DNA from: an uncultured Actinomycetota bacterium | GTDB taxonomy: Bacteria > Actinomycetota > Actinomycetes > JAHEKZ01 | Assembly (NCBI GenBank): GCA_963718235.1 | Contig: CAVQYR010000002.1 | Span: 832,001 to 896,000 of the forward strand | DNA: 64,000 bases | Direction: 5' to 3' | Part shown: in pieces, positions 50,221 through 60,798 of the stretch | Numbering within the stretch: position 1 is the stretch's first letter | Layout of the letters: each line of letters begins with the position of its first letter | Made by a program: the position numbers and the translations under genes | Notes under the pieces: generated by a model | Database searches by the model: none | Told to the model about the DNA's origin: nothing | Seen by the model: the letters and a program-made list of their open reading frames with translations, nothing else

Positions 50221-50783
50221 GCAGGGTCCTGGCGCACGTCGGTGGCGAACCTCAGCTCGCGCACGACGTGACCGTCGAGCTCGACCGTCCGGTGCGCACC
50301 GTCGGGCGCCCATCCGGAGTCGACGAGCCAGGTGCGTGCGTCGTCGTCGGACGCCGGGACCCACGTCACGAGCGTGGGCACGCCGCCCGCGCGGACGAGA
50401 TCGACCACGGCTGCCATCAGCCGGGAGCCGTGGCCGCTTCCTCGGTGCTCCGGGTCGACCACCAGGAGGGCCAGCTCGTCGGCCAGCGACTCGTCGGAGT
50501 CGTCCGCGGCCACGGTCTCGGACAGGTCCGGGTCGTCGGCGGGGGTGGTCGCCGCGCCCCCGACCACGGTGTCGCCGTCCAGCGCGACGAGCAGCCGGTG
50601 GCGTGGGGTGGGCGGAAGCAGCACCGCGCGCTCCCAGCTGCGCCGCATCGCGTCCGGGTCGAGGTCCTCGACGTCGGGGACGGCCCAGAGACCGGTCGGC
50701 AGCGACTGCCAGGTCCGTCGCTGCACCTCGACGAGGGCCGACACGTCGACCAGCCGCCCGCGCCGCACGCTCAAGTCAGCCAT
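50217..50783 (-). CDS. GNAT-family acetyltransferase
   Basis: VDPEHRGSGHGSRL acetyl-CoA-binding motif. Confidence 0.85.
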   Translation of the reverse strand: MADLSVRRGRLVDVSALVEVQRRTWQSLPTGLWAVPDVEDLDPDAMRRSWERAVLLPPTPRHRLLVALDGDTVVGGAATTPADDPDLSETVAADDSDESLADELALLVVDPEHRGSGHGSRLMAAVVDLVRAGGVPTLVTWVPASDDDARTWLVDSGWAPDGAHRTVELDGHVVRELRFATDVRQDPA

Positions 50784-50832
50784 GGCCGCATCCTCTCAAC
50801 CGCCCACAGGTGCGGGGCTAGGGTGACCCGCC

Positions 50833-51927
50833 ATGCGGGTCGTCGTCGTCGGAACCGGGGCCATGGGCCTGGCCGCGGCCCGCGTGCTCGCCGAGCGAGG
50901 CCACGACGTCGTGGCCGTCGACCAGTTCGGGGTGGGCAACCGGCTGGCATCGTCGTCTGGGGCGACCCGGGTCTGGCGGCTGGCCGATCCCGACCGGTCG
51001 ATCGTTCGGCTGTCACAGCGCGGCGTCAGCCTGTGGCGTGACCTCGAGCGGCGATCCGGCCGCACGGTGCTGCTCGAGCCCGGTCTGCTGTGGCGCGGTG
51101 GGCACGCACCGGAGGTGCACACCGCGCTGACCGCGGAGGGAGAACCAGCCGAGGTCGTCGGGCTCGCCGAGCAGCAGCGGCTCTTCCCCGAGCTGCGGCC
51201 CGACGCCGACCACCCGGTCACCTGGACGCCGCGGGCCGGCGTCCTGCTCGCCGCCGAGTCGCTGGCCATGCAGGCCGAGCTCTTGGTGCGGGCCGGGGGG
51301 ATGCTCGTGGCCGGCGAGCGGATCCAGTCGGTGCAGCCCGTGCCCGGTGGGGGTGTCCAGGTAGTGGGCGGCCGGGCCACCTACGCCGCCGACGTCGCGG
51401 TCGTCGCGGCCGGACCCTGGGCCTCGGACTTCATGGGTCCGCTGGGGGTCGATCTTGCGCTCGAGCCGGTCCTCGAGCAGGTCGGCTACGTGCATGGACC
51501 GGAAGGGCCACCGCATCGTCCGTGCGTCGTCCAGGACGCGGCGTCCCCCAGCGCGCACCCGCTGTACGCGATGCCCAGCCCGGGCAGCGGGTACAAGGTC
51601 GGTCTCGACCGTCCACTGCGCGACTGGAGTGCCGCCGACCTCGAGCGGGCACCGGTCGCCGAGCGCGAACGGGCGATCGAGGAGCTGGTGCGCACGGTCT
51701 TCCCTGGCCTGGAGCCACGCCTCACCCGCTCGGAGGTCTGCAGCTGGACGGGCTCACCGGACGATCGGTTCGTCCTCGACCGGGTCGGCGACGTCGTGAT
51801 CGGTGCTGGCGACGCGGGTGTCGCGTTCAAGCACAGCCCACTGATCGGGGAGATCCTGGCAGACCTGGTCACCGGTGTCCGGCTCGACGCCGACGCCCAG
51901 CAGTTCACCCTCGCCCGGTTCGGCTGA
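50833..51927 (+). CDS. FAD-dependent oxidoreductase (monomeric sarcosine oxidase-like)
   Basis: GTGAMG, SSSGATR, AAGPW and FKHSPLIG motifs. Confidence 0.85.
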   Translation: MRVVVVGTGAMGLAAARVLAERGHDVVAVDQFGVGNRLASSSGATRVWRLADPDRSIVRLSQRGVSLWRDLERRSGRTVLLEPGLLWRGGHAPEVHTALTAEGEPAEVVGLAEQQRLFPELRPDADHPVTWTPRAGVLLAAESLAMQAELLVRAGGMLVAGERIQSVQPVPGGGVQVVGGRATYAADVAVVAAGPWASDFMGPLGVDLALEPVLEQVGYVHGPEGPPHRPCVVQDAASPSAHPLYAMPSPGSGYKVGLDRPLRDWSAADLERAPVAERERAIEELVRTVFPGLEPRLTRSEVCSWTGSPDDRFVLDRVGDVVIGAGDAGVAFKHSPLIGEILADLVTGVRLDADAQQFTLARFG

Positions 51928-51988
51928 CCGTCGGCCGCCGTCGCTAGGGTGAGGACGTCCCTTCGAAGCGACCTGTAGGAGCTGTGCC

Positions 51989-52717
51989 GTGCCCGACGAG
52001 GCGATGCCGATCGAGTTCCGCAGCGACGTCACCGTCGAGCTCGTGCGAGCGTCGGCGCAGGACGCCGATGTGCTCTTCGCGGCGCGTGTTTCCACCCAGG
52101 GCGAGCAGTCGCTCGACGACGTCGGCGCAGACGCCAGCCGCTCCCAGGGGCTGATCAACTACCTGATGCGGGACCGGCACGGCTCGCCCTTCGAGCACAA
52201 CTCGATGACGTTCTACGTGCAGGCGCCGATCTTCGTCTTCCGCGAGTTCATGCGACACAGGGTGGCCAGTTACAATGAGGAGTCAGGCCGTTACCGTGAG
52301 TTAAGGCCGGTGTTCTACGTCCCCGGCCCCGAACGCTTGCTGGTGCAAGAGGGCAAGCCGGGTCACTACGTGTTCGTCGAGGGCAGCGACGAGCAGCACG
52401 CCACGGTCGACCGGGAGACGCGGCGTGCCTGCACCGAGGCATACCGGGCTTACCAGGCCATGCTCGATGCCGGCGTCGCCCGCGAGGTTGCCCGCGGTGT
52501 GCTCCCAGTGGCGACGTACTCGTCGATGTACGTGACGATGAACGCACGGTCGTTGATGAACTTCCTGTCGCTGCGCACCAAACGCGAAGACTCTCGGTTC
52601 CCCTCCTACCCCCAGCGGGAGATCGAGATGGTGGCCGAGAAGATGGAAGCGGTGTGGGCTGAGCTCATGCCGCTGACCTACGCCGCCTTCGACTCCGGCG
52701 GTCGCGTCGCACCTTGA
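51989..52717 (+). CDS. thyX: FAD-dependent thymidylate synthase
   Basis: HGSPFEH and RHRVASYNEESGRY motifs. Confidence 0.96.
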   Translation: MPDEAMPIEFRSDVTVELVRASAQDADVLFAARVSTQGEQSLDDVGADASRSQGLINYLMRDRHGSPFEHNSMTFYVQAPIFVFREFMRHRVASYNEESGRYRELRPVFYVPGPERLLVQEGKPGHYVFVEGSDEQHATVDRETRRACTEAYRAYQAMLDAGVAREVARGVLPVATYSSMYVTMNARSLMNFLSLRTKREDSRFPSYPQREIEMVAEKMEAVWAELMPLTYAAFDSGGRVAP

Positions 52718-52777
52718 CCTGCTGCCCCCTTGGGTGGCGAAGGCGTGACCTCGCCTGCGGGGGATAGCCTGACGACC

Positions 52778-53683
52778 ATGACGCGCACCGCCATGGAGCC
52801 CTTCGGTCGGGTGGTGACGGCCATGGTCACTCCCATGCACCCGGACCTGTCCATCGACCTCGACGGGGCTCAGCGGCTGGCGGTGCACCTGGTCGACGCC
52901 GGCAACGACGCCCTGGTCGTCAACGGCACCACGGGGGAGTCGGCAACGACCACCGACCACGAGCAAGAGCTGCTCGTCCGAGCCGTGGTCGAAGCGGTGG
53001 GTGACCGGGCGCTGGTGATCGGCGGCGCATCCAGCAACGACACCGTGCATGCGGTCGAACGCGCCCGGATCGCCTACAAGGCCGGGGCCCACGGGCTGCT
53101 CGTCGTCACGCCCTACTACAACCGGCCACAGCAGGCGGGGGTCCAGGCGCACCTCGCATCCGTCGCGGAGGCTACGCCGCTGCCGGTCATGCTCTACGAC
53201 ATCCCCGGTCGCACCGGTGTCGCGATCGAGGTCGAGACCGTCGTCCGACTGTCGCAGTCGCACCGCCAGATCGTCGCGGTCAAGGACGCCAAGGCCGACT
53301 TCGAGTCCGCGTCCTGGGCGATCGCCCGCACCGACCTGGCCTGGTACTCCGGCGACGACGGACTCACCCTGCCGTTCCTGAGCATCGGGGCTGTGGGTGT
53401 GGTCAGCGTCGTGTCCCATGTCGCCACGCGGCCGCTGGTCGCCATGGTCGAGGCGTTCCGGGCCGGTCGGGTCGACGAGGCGTCGGAGATCCACCGTCGG
53501 CTGATGCCCGTGTTCTCGGGCATGTTCTCCATCCCCGGTGTCGTGAGCACCAAAGCCGCCCTGGCCCAGCTCGGGTTGCCGTCCGGTCCGGTACGTCCGC
53601 CCATGGTCGACGCCACCGAGGTCGAGCTCGCCCAGCTCGTCATCGACCTGGCCGACGGTCAGATCGAAGGGTTCCGCGCGTGA
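52778..53683 (+). CDS. dapA: 4-hydroxy-tetrahydrodipicolinate synthase
   Basis: GTTGES, TPYYNRP, LYDIPGRTG and VKDA motifs. Confidence 0.96.
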   Translation: MTRTAMEPFGRVVTAMVTPMHPDLSIDLDGAQRLAVHLVDAGNDALVVNGTTGESATTTDHEQELLVRAVVEAVGDRALVIGGASSNDTVHAVERARIAYKAGAHGLLVVTPYYNRPQQAGVQAHLASVAEATPLPVMLYDIPGRTGVAIEVETVVRLSQSHRQIVAVKDAKADFESASWAIARTDLAWYSGDDGLTLPFLSIGAVGVVSVVSHVATRPLVAMVEAFRAGRVDEASEIHRRLMPVFSGMFSIPGVVSTKAALAQLGLPSGPVRPPMVDATEVELAQLVIDLADGQIEGFRA

Positions 53684-54281
53684 GCCATCCGCACCCCGAG
53701 CTCGAAGGTCCGCCTCCACTCGCCGCCGGTGCGCTGCGCGTCGTGCCTCTCGGGGGGCTGGGCGAGATCGGTCGCAACATGACGGTCTTCGAGCTCGGGC
53801 TCGACGGGTCGGCCACTGACGGTCATCCGCTGCTCATCGTCGACGTCGGGGTTCTCTTTCCTGAGGACCACCAGCCCGGAGTCGACCTGATACTTCCCCG
53901 ACTTCGACTACCTGCGAGGTCGCCTCGACGACGTCGTCGCCATCGTGCTGACCCACGGCCACGAGGACCACATCGGGGGTCTCCCCTTCCTCCTGCGGGA
54001 GCGGGAGGACATCCCCGTCTACGGGTCGAAGCTGACGCTGGCGCTGGTCGCCGCGAAGCTGCGTGAGCACCGGCTGAAACCACCGCTCATCGAGGTGGCG
54101 GCCGACGAGCGGGTCACCGCCGGTCCCTACGGCCTGGAGTTCGTCGCGGTCAACCACTCGATCCCCGACGCACTGGCCGTGGCCATCCGCACCCCGACCG
54201 GCCAGCTCGTGGTGCACACCGGTGACTTCAAGATGGACCAGCTGCCGCTCGACCGCCGCCTCACCGACCTGAGGGCGTTCG
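53680..54281 (+). CDS. rnj: Ribonuclease J, 5' part only (one frameshift near 53898; truncated at the chimeric junction)
   Basis: PLGGLGEIGRNM, THGHEDHIG, NHSIPD and HTGDFK; sequence breaks after DLRAF. Confidence 0.92.
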
Positions 54282-54290
54282 TCACGGTAT
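54281..54290. other. Probable chimeric junction, Actinobacteria | Methanothrix-like archaeon
   Basis: Both flanking genes are cut mid-CDS; abrupt GC and codon-usage shift; no mobile-element hallmarks. Confidence 0.88.
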
Positions 54291-55767
54291 CTCCATAGAA
54301 GGCTCTGAGCATGGAAGGCCAGGGAGTATTGCTGACGATGTTGCCTCCTGTGCCGGGCATAACTGGGTTGGCATCTTCATCGAGGATATCGACGTGAATC
54401 CGGGCAGTGGGAATGTCGGCGAGCCAGGCTTGAGCGGGGTTATGGGCAGGGGAGACACCAGGAATGTTCCGGTCTCGGTCTGCCACCAGGTGTCCATGAT
54501 CTGGCATTTGTCGGCGCCGAAATGCTTTCTATACCACATCCAGGCCTCCGGATTAATGGGCTCGCCACAGATCCACAGCCTTATGCTGGAGATGTCGTAT
54601 TCCTTGGTCCATTTCTCGCCGGCCTTCATGAACATCCTGATGGCCGTCGGCGCTGTGTAGAAGACGGACACCTTGTTATCCTGGATGATCTTGAACCACC
54701 GACCAAAGTCCGGGAAGTCGGGAGCGCCCTCGTACATCATGCTGGTTGCGCCTAGACAGAGTGGGCCGTAAACTATGTAGGAATGGCCTGTGATCCATCC
54801 GATATCAGCCGTGCACCACCATACATCGTTATCCTTTATTCGAAGACCCAATGCAAAGTCTGAGCCGGTCCCACGCAGTATCCGCCATGGACGTGCTCGA
54901 TGCCCTTAGGCTTGCCGTGGTGCCCCAAGTGTACAGAATGAAAAGCCTGTCCTCAGGGTCCATCTTCTCATTCGCACTCCTCAGACTTTCCAGCCACAAG
55001 GTCGTGCCAGTAGATATCTCTGCCCTGCTTCATGGGCACTTCAATTCCTGTCCTCTTGACCACTATTACGTTCTGCACCGATGGAGTATTGGCTGTGGCC
55101 TCGTCAACATTGGGCTTGAGGGGGATAGGCTTGCCGCGCCTGTACAGACCATCCGTTGTTATTACCGCTTTGGCCTCGGCATCCAGGATCCTGCTGTTCA
55201 AGCCACCGGAGGAAAATCCGGAGAACACAATGCAGTGAATAGCACCGATCTTGGCGATGGCTAGCATTGCAATGGGCAGCTGGGGGATCATAGGCATGTA
55301 CAACATGACTCTGTCTCCCTTCTTCACGCCCAAGCTCTTCAGGCCGTTGGCGAACTTGTTGACCTCCTTGTAGAGCTGTAGATAAGTGATCTTTTGAGTG
55401 GGCTGATCGGTGGGTTCAGGCACGAAAATGTAGGCTACCTTGTCCTTCTTAGCGCCCAATGCGTGTCTATCTACTGAGTTATAGGCCACGTTGCACTTGC
55501 CGCCCAAGAACCACTTGGCATATGGCGGTATCCATTCCAGGGTTGATCCCCAGGGCTCAAACCAATCGGCATAGGTCTTGGCCATCTCGCCCCAGAACTG
55601 GACGTAGTTAGCAGAACACCACAAGCGCAACTCTCTCTCTGTTTTGAACCCTTTCTCCTTCATCCACTTCATGACATTGGAGTTCTCGACGAGTTCCTTG
55701 CTCGGCTCGAATACTCTGTCTCTTCATATAGAACTGATGTTTTTGCCGTTGCTTTTTGCTCAGCCAT
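54282..55767 (-). CDS. acs: Acetyl-CoA synthetase (AMP-forming), frameshifted and 3'-truncated
   Basis: [40 protein letters not shown] and PWPSML motifs; SD AAGGAGGA; MKWMKEKG N-terminus resembles Methanothrix Acs. Confidence 0.9.
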
Positions 55768-56083
55768 TTTAATCCTCCTTCATAAAATGATGTTTCCAGA
55801 TTCCCCTCCCCTGTCATTTATGCAGATTTTTGTGGCTAATAGATTAAGGACTGGGCCCTAACACACAGGGGGTCTCAGAAACATCATCACGATTGATAAT
55901 TTTCATCATTAATAAGCTTGGTGGTTTGCAAAACCTTATATAAAATCAATATTAACAATCAGGAGAGTTTATTTTTAATCGAAGCCTACGTATTTTGGCT
56001 GGCCACCTACGGTAATCGAATATCCTTAAAAAATTTATTGATTTTTTTCTATATTTTACATTAATATACTCAATACGAAGAAC

Positions 56084-57381
56084 CTAGTCGCGATTAAGCG
56101 GGGGGGCTGCTCGTGCCGATATATAGAATGGGTTTGATCCCGTTACCTCGGCTTTAATGGAGGATCCGAGCTTGGGATTGCCCTCAACTACTATTCCCAG
56201 ATAGTTGGTGGCCCTGGCCTTCATGGTACCTCTCCTGCCGCACTCGGTGACCACTGCATCCAGAACCCTGTCCATGTATTCCCTGTTCCTCTTAGCGGCT
56301 ATCTCCAGCCAGAGCCGGGTCAGCTCTCTCGATCTATCCTTCTTGATGCGGTCAGGCATGTCATAAAGAAGGGCCGCGGCCGTGCCCGGCCGCCTAGAGA
56401 ATTTAGTGACATTTACCTTATCCGGTTGCAGGAACTTAATGAAATCCAATGTCTCGATGAAATCGAGGTCCGTTTCACCCGGAAATCCTACAATGATATC
56501 TGTGACTATTGTGATCTCTGGATAAGCAGATCGAAAGGCATCCACAATCTCTGTAAAATCCTTTGCCGAATATCCCCGGCCCATGCTCTTGAGAATTCTG
56601 TCCGATCCCGATTGGACAGGGATATGCAAAAATTTGTATATTTTCGGGCTATGAAATGCTTTTATCAGTTCCTCCTGAAAGGATAGAGCGCTATTAGGAT
56701 TCATCATGCCCACTCGCAACATGAAGTTTCCCGGGACCTGAACCAACCTCTCCAGAAGTTCGGCCAGATTTGTTCCCTGGTCCGATCCGTACGCCGCCGT
56801 ATCCTGGGCAGAGATTTGCACTTCCACTATCCCACTGGCGGCCAGCTTTTCCACGTCCTTTATCACTTCATCGGGCTTGCGGCTGACCAGCCTGCCCGGG
56901 CCTTTCGAACTATGCAATAGCTGCAGCCTCCGTTGCATCCTTCAGCCACATTGACAATGCTGCAGAGATCCGGGGCAGGGGAGCGGACGGGGGAAGTAAC
57001 AGGTGAAGAGACCGGGGAAGAAGGAGTAAGATGCCTGGCGGCATGAGAGAAGGAAGGTGAATCCCCAAAGAGATCTGAGATCTTTGCGGCCGCAGATCCA
57101 TTTAGCGGTCCCAGCCGCTCACGGCATCTTATCTGGCGGATCGATTCCGGGAGCGCGGCAGGCAGGCATCCCGCCACCACCAGTCTCTCACTCTGCAGCA
57201 ATTGAAGTCTTTTCCGGATCTTTCGTTCCGTCCTTTCCGTCACAATGCAGGTATTCAGTATAACAACATCCGCCTCTTCCAGAGATGAAGGGATATGGCC
57301 CAACTTTTGCAGAGCCTCGGACGTATCCTGCGAGTTGCCGAAATTCGCGGTGCAGCCGTAAGTCTCAATATGGAATTTCAT
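56084..57381 (-). CDS. tRNA methylthiotransferase (MiaB-like/e-MtaB radical SAM), one frameshift
   Basis: ETYGCTAN, CNGGCSYC, HIPVQSGS and TDIIVGFPGET motifs; TRAM-like tail. Confidence 0.88.
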
Positions 57382-57395
57382 TCTAGAACTCGACG

Positions 57396-58484
57396 CTACT
57401 TATTGGCATTGGGATCTTTGCTGCTTTTCACCATGCTCTTCCCATATTTGGCCTCAGCTATCTCTTCCTTTCTCACCTGGTAGATTCCTACTATTACCCC
57501 CATGATCGCAGGGGCCAGGAAGAAGCCGCCTATACCTGCCACGAGGGCGCCTCCCAAAAAGGAGAGCAACACCAGCAAAGGATGCAAAGAGGATTTGGCG
57601 GAGACCAGATACGGCCTGATGAGCAGCTCTGAAGGTAGGAAGATAAGAGCTGAAGCCAGCACAAAGAAGGTCAATGCTTCCCCTAACCCCATTGTGAAAT
57701 ACCTATACGCGGTCACAGGGATGATAACCATCCAGGAGGTGAGAACTGGGACCATACCGGCCACGAAGACTATGCTTGCCAGGGCAAAAGGCCTGGGCAG
57801 TCCAAAGGCATAGAATATGAAAGCCGCGATTAAACTGCCCACGATTGAAGTATAGATCGTGCCTATGTAGATCCCGCTCAGGATCCGATCGATGCGATCT
57901 ATGTACTTTCTATAGGCTTTCATCTCTTCATCCGGAAGCAGAGATATTATCGCCTCCACAAACCCTTTGCCATCCATCAGCACAAAGTAGCAGATAGGGA
58001 TCGAGATGAGGAAGTTCATTATTCCCAAAAAAAACGTTCTTCCAATTTGAATGACTGGGATTGATGAGGCAAAGGGGGTGATTAAGCCCGCGGCATTCTC
58101 CAGGCCGGCGGTCAACAAATCCCTCATCCATGAAGGTAGATCTATTGCTGTCTGCTGCATCAGGATGCCAAGCCCTGATCTCATTGCCTCCTGACTGCGG
58201 GCCAGAATTGCGATCTGGTTGGCGAGTTCCAGAGTTCCCAGCCCCAGGATAAGAAATATAGGGACGACTATGCAGATGGCGGCTACCAGTGACCCCAGCC
58301 TTCGATGTGAGCCGAATTTATCCCGGATGGGTCTGCCAACATAAGCGAAGACCGTGCCGAGGATGATGCCGTCCAGGAAAGGAAAGATGAAATAGACAAT
58401 CATGAGCACTGCAGCCAGGGCTAGGATCAATATCCATCTGTGCTCCGAACACCATCCACCCAGATCAGAATCTTTATATCGCAC
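57396..58484 (-). CDS. AI-2E-family transporter
   Basis: Polytopic; RPYL...LHPLLVLLSFLGG...GFFLAP pattern. Confidence 0.85.
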   Translation of the reverse strand: MRYKDSDLGGWCSEHRWILILALAAVLMIVYFIFPFLDGIILGTVFAYVGRPIRDKFGSHRRLGSLVAAICIVVPIFLILGLGTLELANQIAILARSQEAMRSGLGILMQQTAIDLPSWMRDLLTAGLENAAGLITPFASSIPVIQIGRTFFLGIMNFLISIPICYFVLMDGKGFVEAIISLLPDEEMKAYRKYIDRIDRILSGIYIGTIYTSIVGSLIAAFIFYAFGLPRPFALASIVFVAGMVPVLTSWMVIIPVTAYRYFTMGLGEALTFFVLASALIFLPSELLIRPYLVSAKSSLHPLLVLLSFLGGALVAGIGGFFLAPAIMGVIVGIYQVRKEEIAEAKYGKSMVKSSKDPNANK

Positions 58485-58589
58485 CAGAAGAGTCCTAGCT
58501 TTTCTGATAGATATGAGTAACGCTTATTAAGTCTTGATTAAGTTTCAAGTATGTTTGGCTCCGTAAGACTGTATGCGCGGAAAGCTAAC

Positions 58590-59702
58590 TTAGCTGCCTG
58601 CCAGTGCGATCATCTCCTCCAGTTTCTCCCGGGCCAAACTCGGGTCCCTGTTTTGCTCCGCCACCCAGGCTTTTAGCTTCTCTATGGGTTTACCACTGTC
58701 AATGATGTCCGCAGCCTTATCCATGCCCTCCCTCAGGTCAAGGGCACGATCCGTGATACAGAGCAATGGAGAGGCATTCAGACATACGATCTCTCTCCTC
58801 TGGCCCCTATCAACGCCTGAGAGGATCTGGAGAAGCCTTATCGCTTCCTCAAATCTATCGCCCTGGTGAAGGATGGAAGGCTCGTCTGCCTTTGCCACAC
58901 CCAGATCTTTAAGAGTGATGGCATATTCTCTGATCATTCCGTCTTCGGTCAGCTCTGCCATATGAGTCAGGCCGAGGGTCGAGAGCTCATCCATGCCCCT
59001 GGCATCGTCTTCGCTCCGGCCGTGCACGACAAAAGCTTTTTTGTAGCCTATTTCTCTCATGGCCTGGGCAATCGGCAGGACCATATCTCGGCTATAGACG
59101 CCCCGTACTCCATAGACAGGCAGAGCCGGATTGGCGAGAGATCCGGCGATGTTGAGGATGGTTCCAAATCTGATCTGAGAGAAGATCCTGTAAAGGGCAG
59201 AAGGGTGCACTTTTCCGCTCATGCCGTTGAAGATGCCGATGCCCGCTTTTTCGATGCTTCTCTTAACCAGGCTGACATCGCATTCTACATCGACCCCAAG
59301 CGTCTCCAGAATGTCCACTGCGCCGCATCTGGAGGTTATGGCCCGAGCCCCGTGCTTGGCCATATTTATGCCGTCGGCGGCAGCCACAATCGAGGCGGCG
59401 GTGCTGATGTTGAAGGTCTTGATGGTGTCCATGCCTGTGCCGCAGTTCTCCACCAATGGGCCGTTGACATCAGGGTGAACCTGCACCGTGTCGATTTCGT
59501 AGATCGCTTCCCAGATGCCGGCAATCTCCTCGGCGGTAGCACCTTTGGCGGTTATAGCTGCCAGGAATGCGCCCTGCTGCAGGTCTGGCTGCTCATTATT
59601 CAGGATCTGCTTGAACAGATCGTTGGCTTCGCCTCTGGTCAGGCTCTGGCCTTTTATCAGCGCGTCCACCTTGCTTCCGAAGTACCTCAAATTCTCTTCC
59701 AT
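58590..59702 (-). CDS. trpD: Anthranilate phosphoribosyltransferase-like protein
   Basis: CGTGMD, TFNISTA, KHGAR and GMDEL motifs. Confidence 0.8.
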   Translation of the reverse strand: MEENLRYFGSKVDALIKGQSLTRGEANDLFKQILNNEQPDLQQGAFLAAITAKGATAEEIAGIWEAIYEIDTVQVHPDVNGPLVENCGTGMDTIKTFNISTAASIVAAADGINMAKHGARAITSRCGAVDILETLGVDVECDVSLVKRSIEKAGIGIFNGMSGKVHPSALYRIFSQIRFGTILNIAGSLANPALPVYGVRGVYSRDMVLPIAQAMREIGYKKAFVVHGRSEDDARGMDELSTLGLTHMAELTEDGMIREYAITLKDLGVAKADEPSILHQGDRFEEAIRLLQILSGVDRGQRREIVCLNASPLLCITDRALDLREGMDKAADIIDSGKPIEKLKAWVAEQNRDPSLAREKLEEMIALAGS

Positions 59703-60777
59703 CTTCTAATCTCCCTAAACCCCAAATAATAGATTTCAGACCATGTCTCTGAGAAGAATGACGAAATGCATCCTCAATGCTGGAAAGGGTCGTCCTTTTG
59801 GTGATGATCCAGTCCGCCTTTACCTTTCCTGATGTCAGAAATTCCACTGCCTGTCTATTCTGGCGGCTGCTGCAGCCGTAGGCACCCACAATCATCTGCT
59901 CACGGTAGTGCATTGATCGAAGATCTATCGGCTCTTCGTAGTTTCCCGGACGCGGTCCGAGAAGATGCAGATTCTTCCGCCGGGAGCCAGCAGCTTGATA
60001 GGCTGCCGTCCACCTTGACCTCTGGAGTCGCGGTCAGGATGACATCGACTCCCGCTCCGACGATTTCGTTTTGAATTATACTTTCCAGATTATTCGATCG
60101 ATCCGTCGACTGGTCAATCGACTGGTTAGTAGATTGGTCAATCACTCTGGCGCTGGTGTGCTTTTCGATCGCTCGAATGCGTCCTGGCAATTTTTCTACT
60201 ACCATGACCGACGCGGCTCCCCGAAGTTCTGCCAGGAGGGCGTGCATAGCGCCAATTGGTCCGCCGCCATAGATCAGGACGACATCTTCTTCTGAGACCC
60301 TTGTCAGCTCCTGGCCGTTTATGCAGCAGGCCAGGGGTTCGCTCAGCGCGGCGAGCGCCGGGTCGACATTTTCAGGCAGCAAGTTCGTGCCTCTGGTCAG
60401 GTTAACCCCCGTGCAGGGGCAGTATTCGGCGAAGCCTCCGTCGCAGTTGAATCCCATGATCTTCATATTCCGGCAGCGGTTGTCTGCCCCTCGCAGGCAG
60501 GAGCCGCAGCGTGCGCAGGCGATCCCCGGCCAGACCTGGCACAGATCGCCTTCTCTAAGCGCAGTCACTATCGATCTCGACAATCCTGCCTACAATCTCG
60601 TGCCCCAGGATGCGGGGATAAGCGAGGTCTCTGTGACCCTGCTGCAGCATCTTGACGTCCGTTCCGCAGACGGCGCAGGCTTCCAGCTTCAGCAGGGCTC
60701 CGCCCGGGGGGCACTCTGGGCCCGGGCAGATCCTCCAGCTCCATGACTCCCGGGCTCTTCAGAACGGCGGCTTTCAT
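59703..60777 (-). CDS. Zinc-dependent alcohol/threonine dehydrogenase-like protein, frameshifted
   Basis: CGTD, ILGHE, CARCGSC...C, EPLAC and GGGPIG across several frames; 3' end approximate. Confidence 0.8.
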
Positions 60778-60798
60778 GCTGATAAATTCATATCCTGA

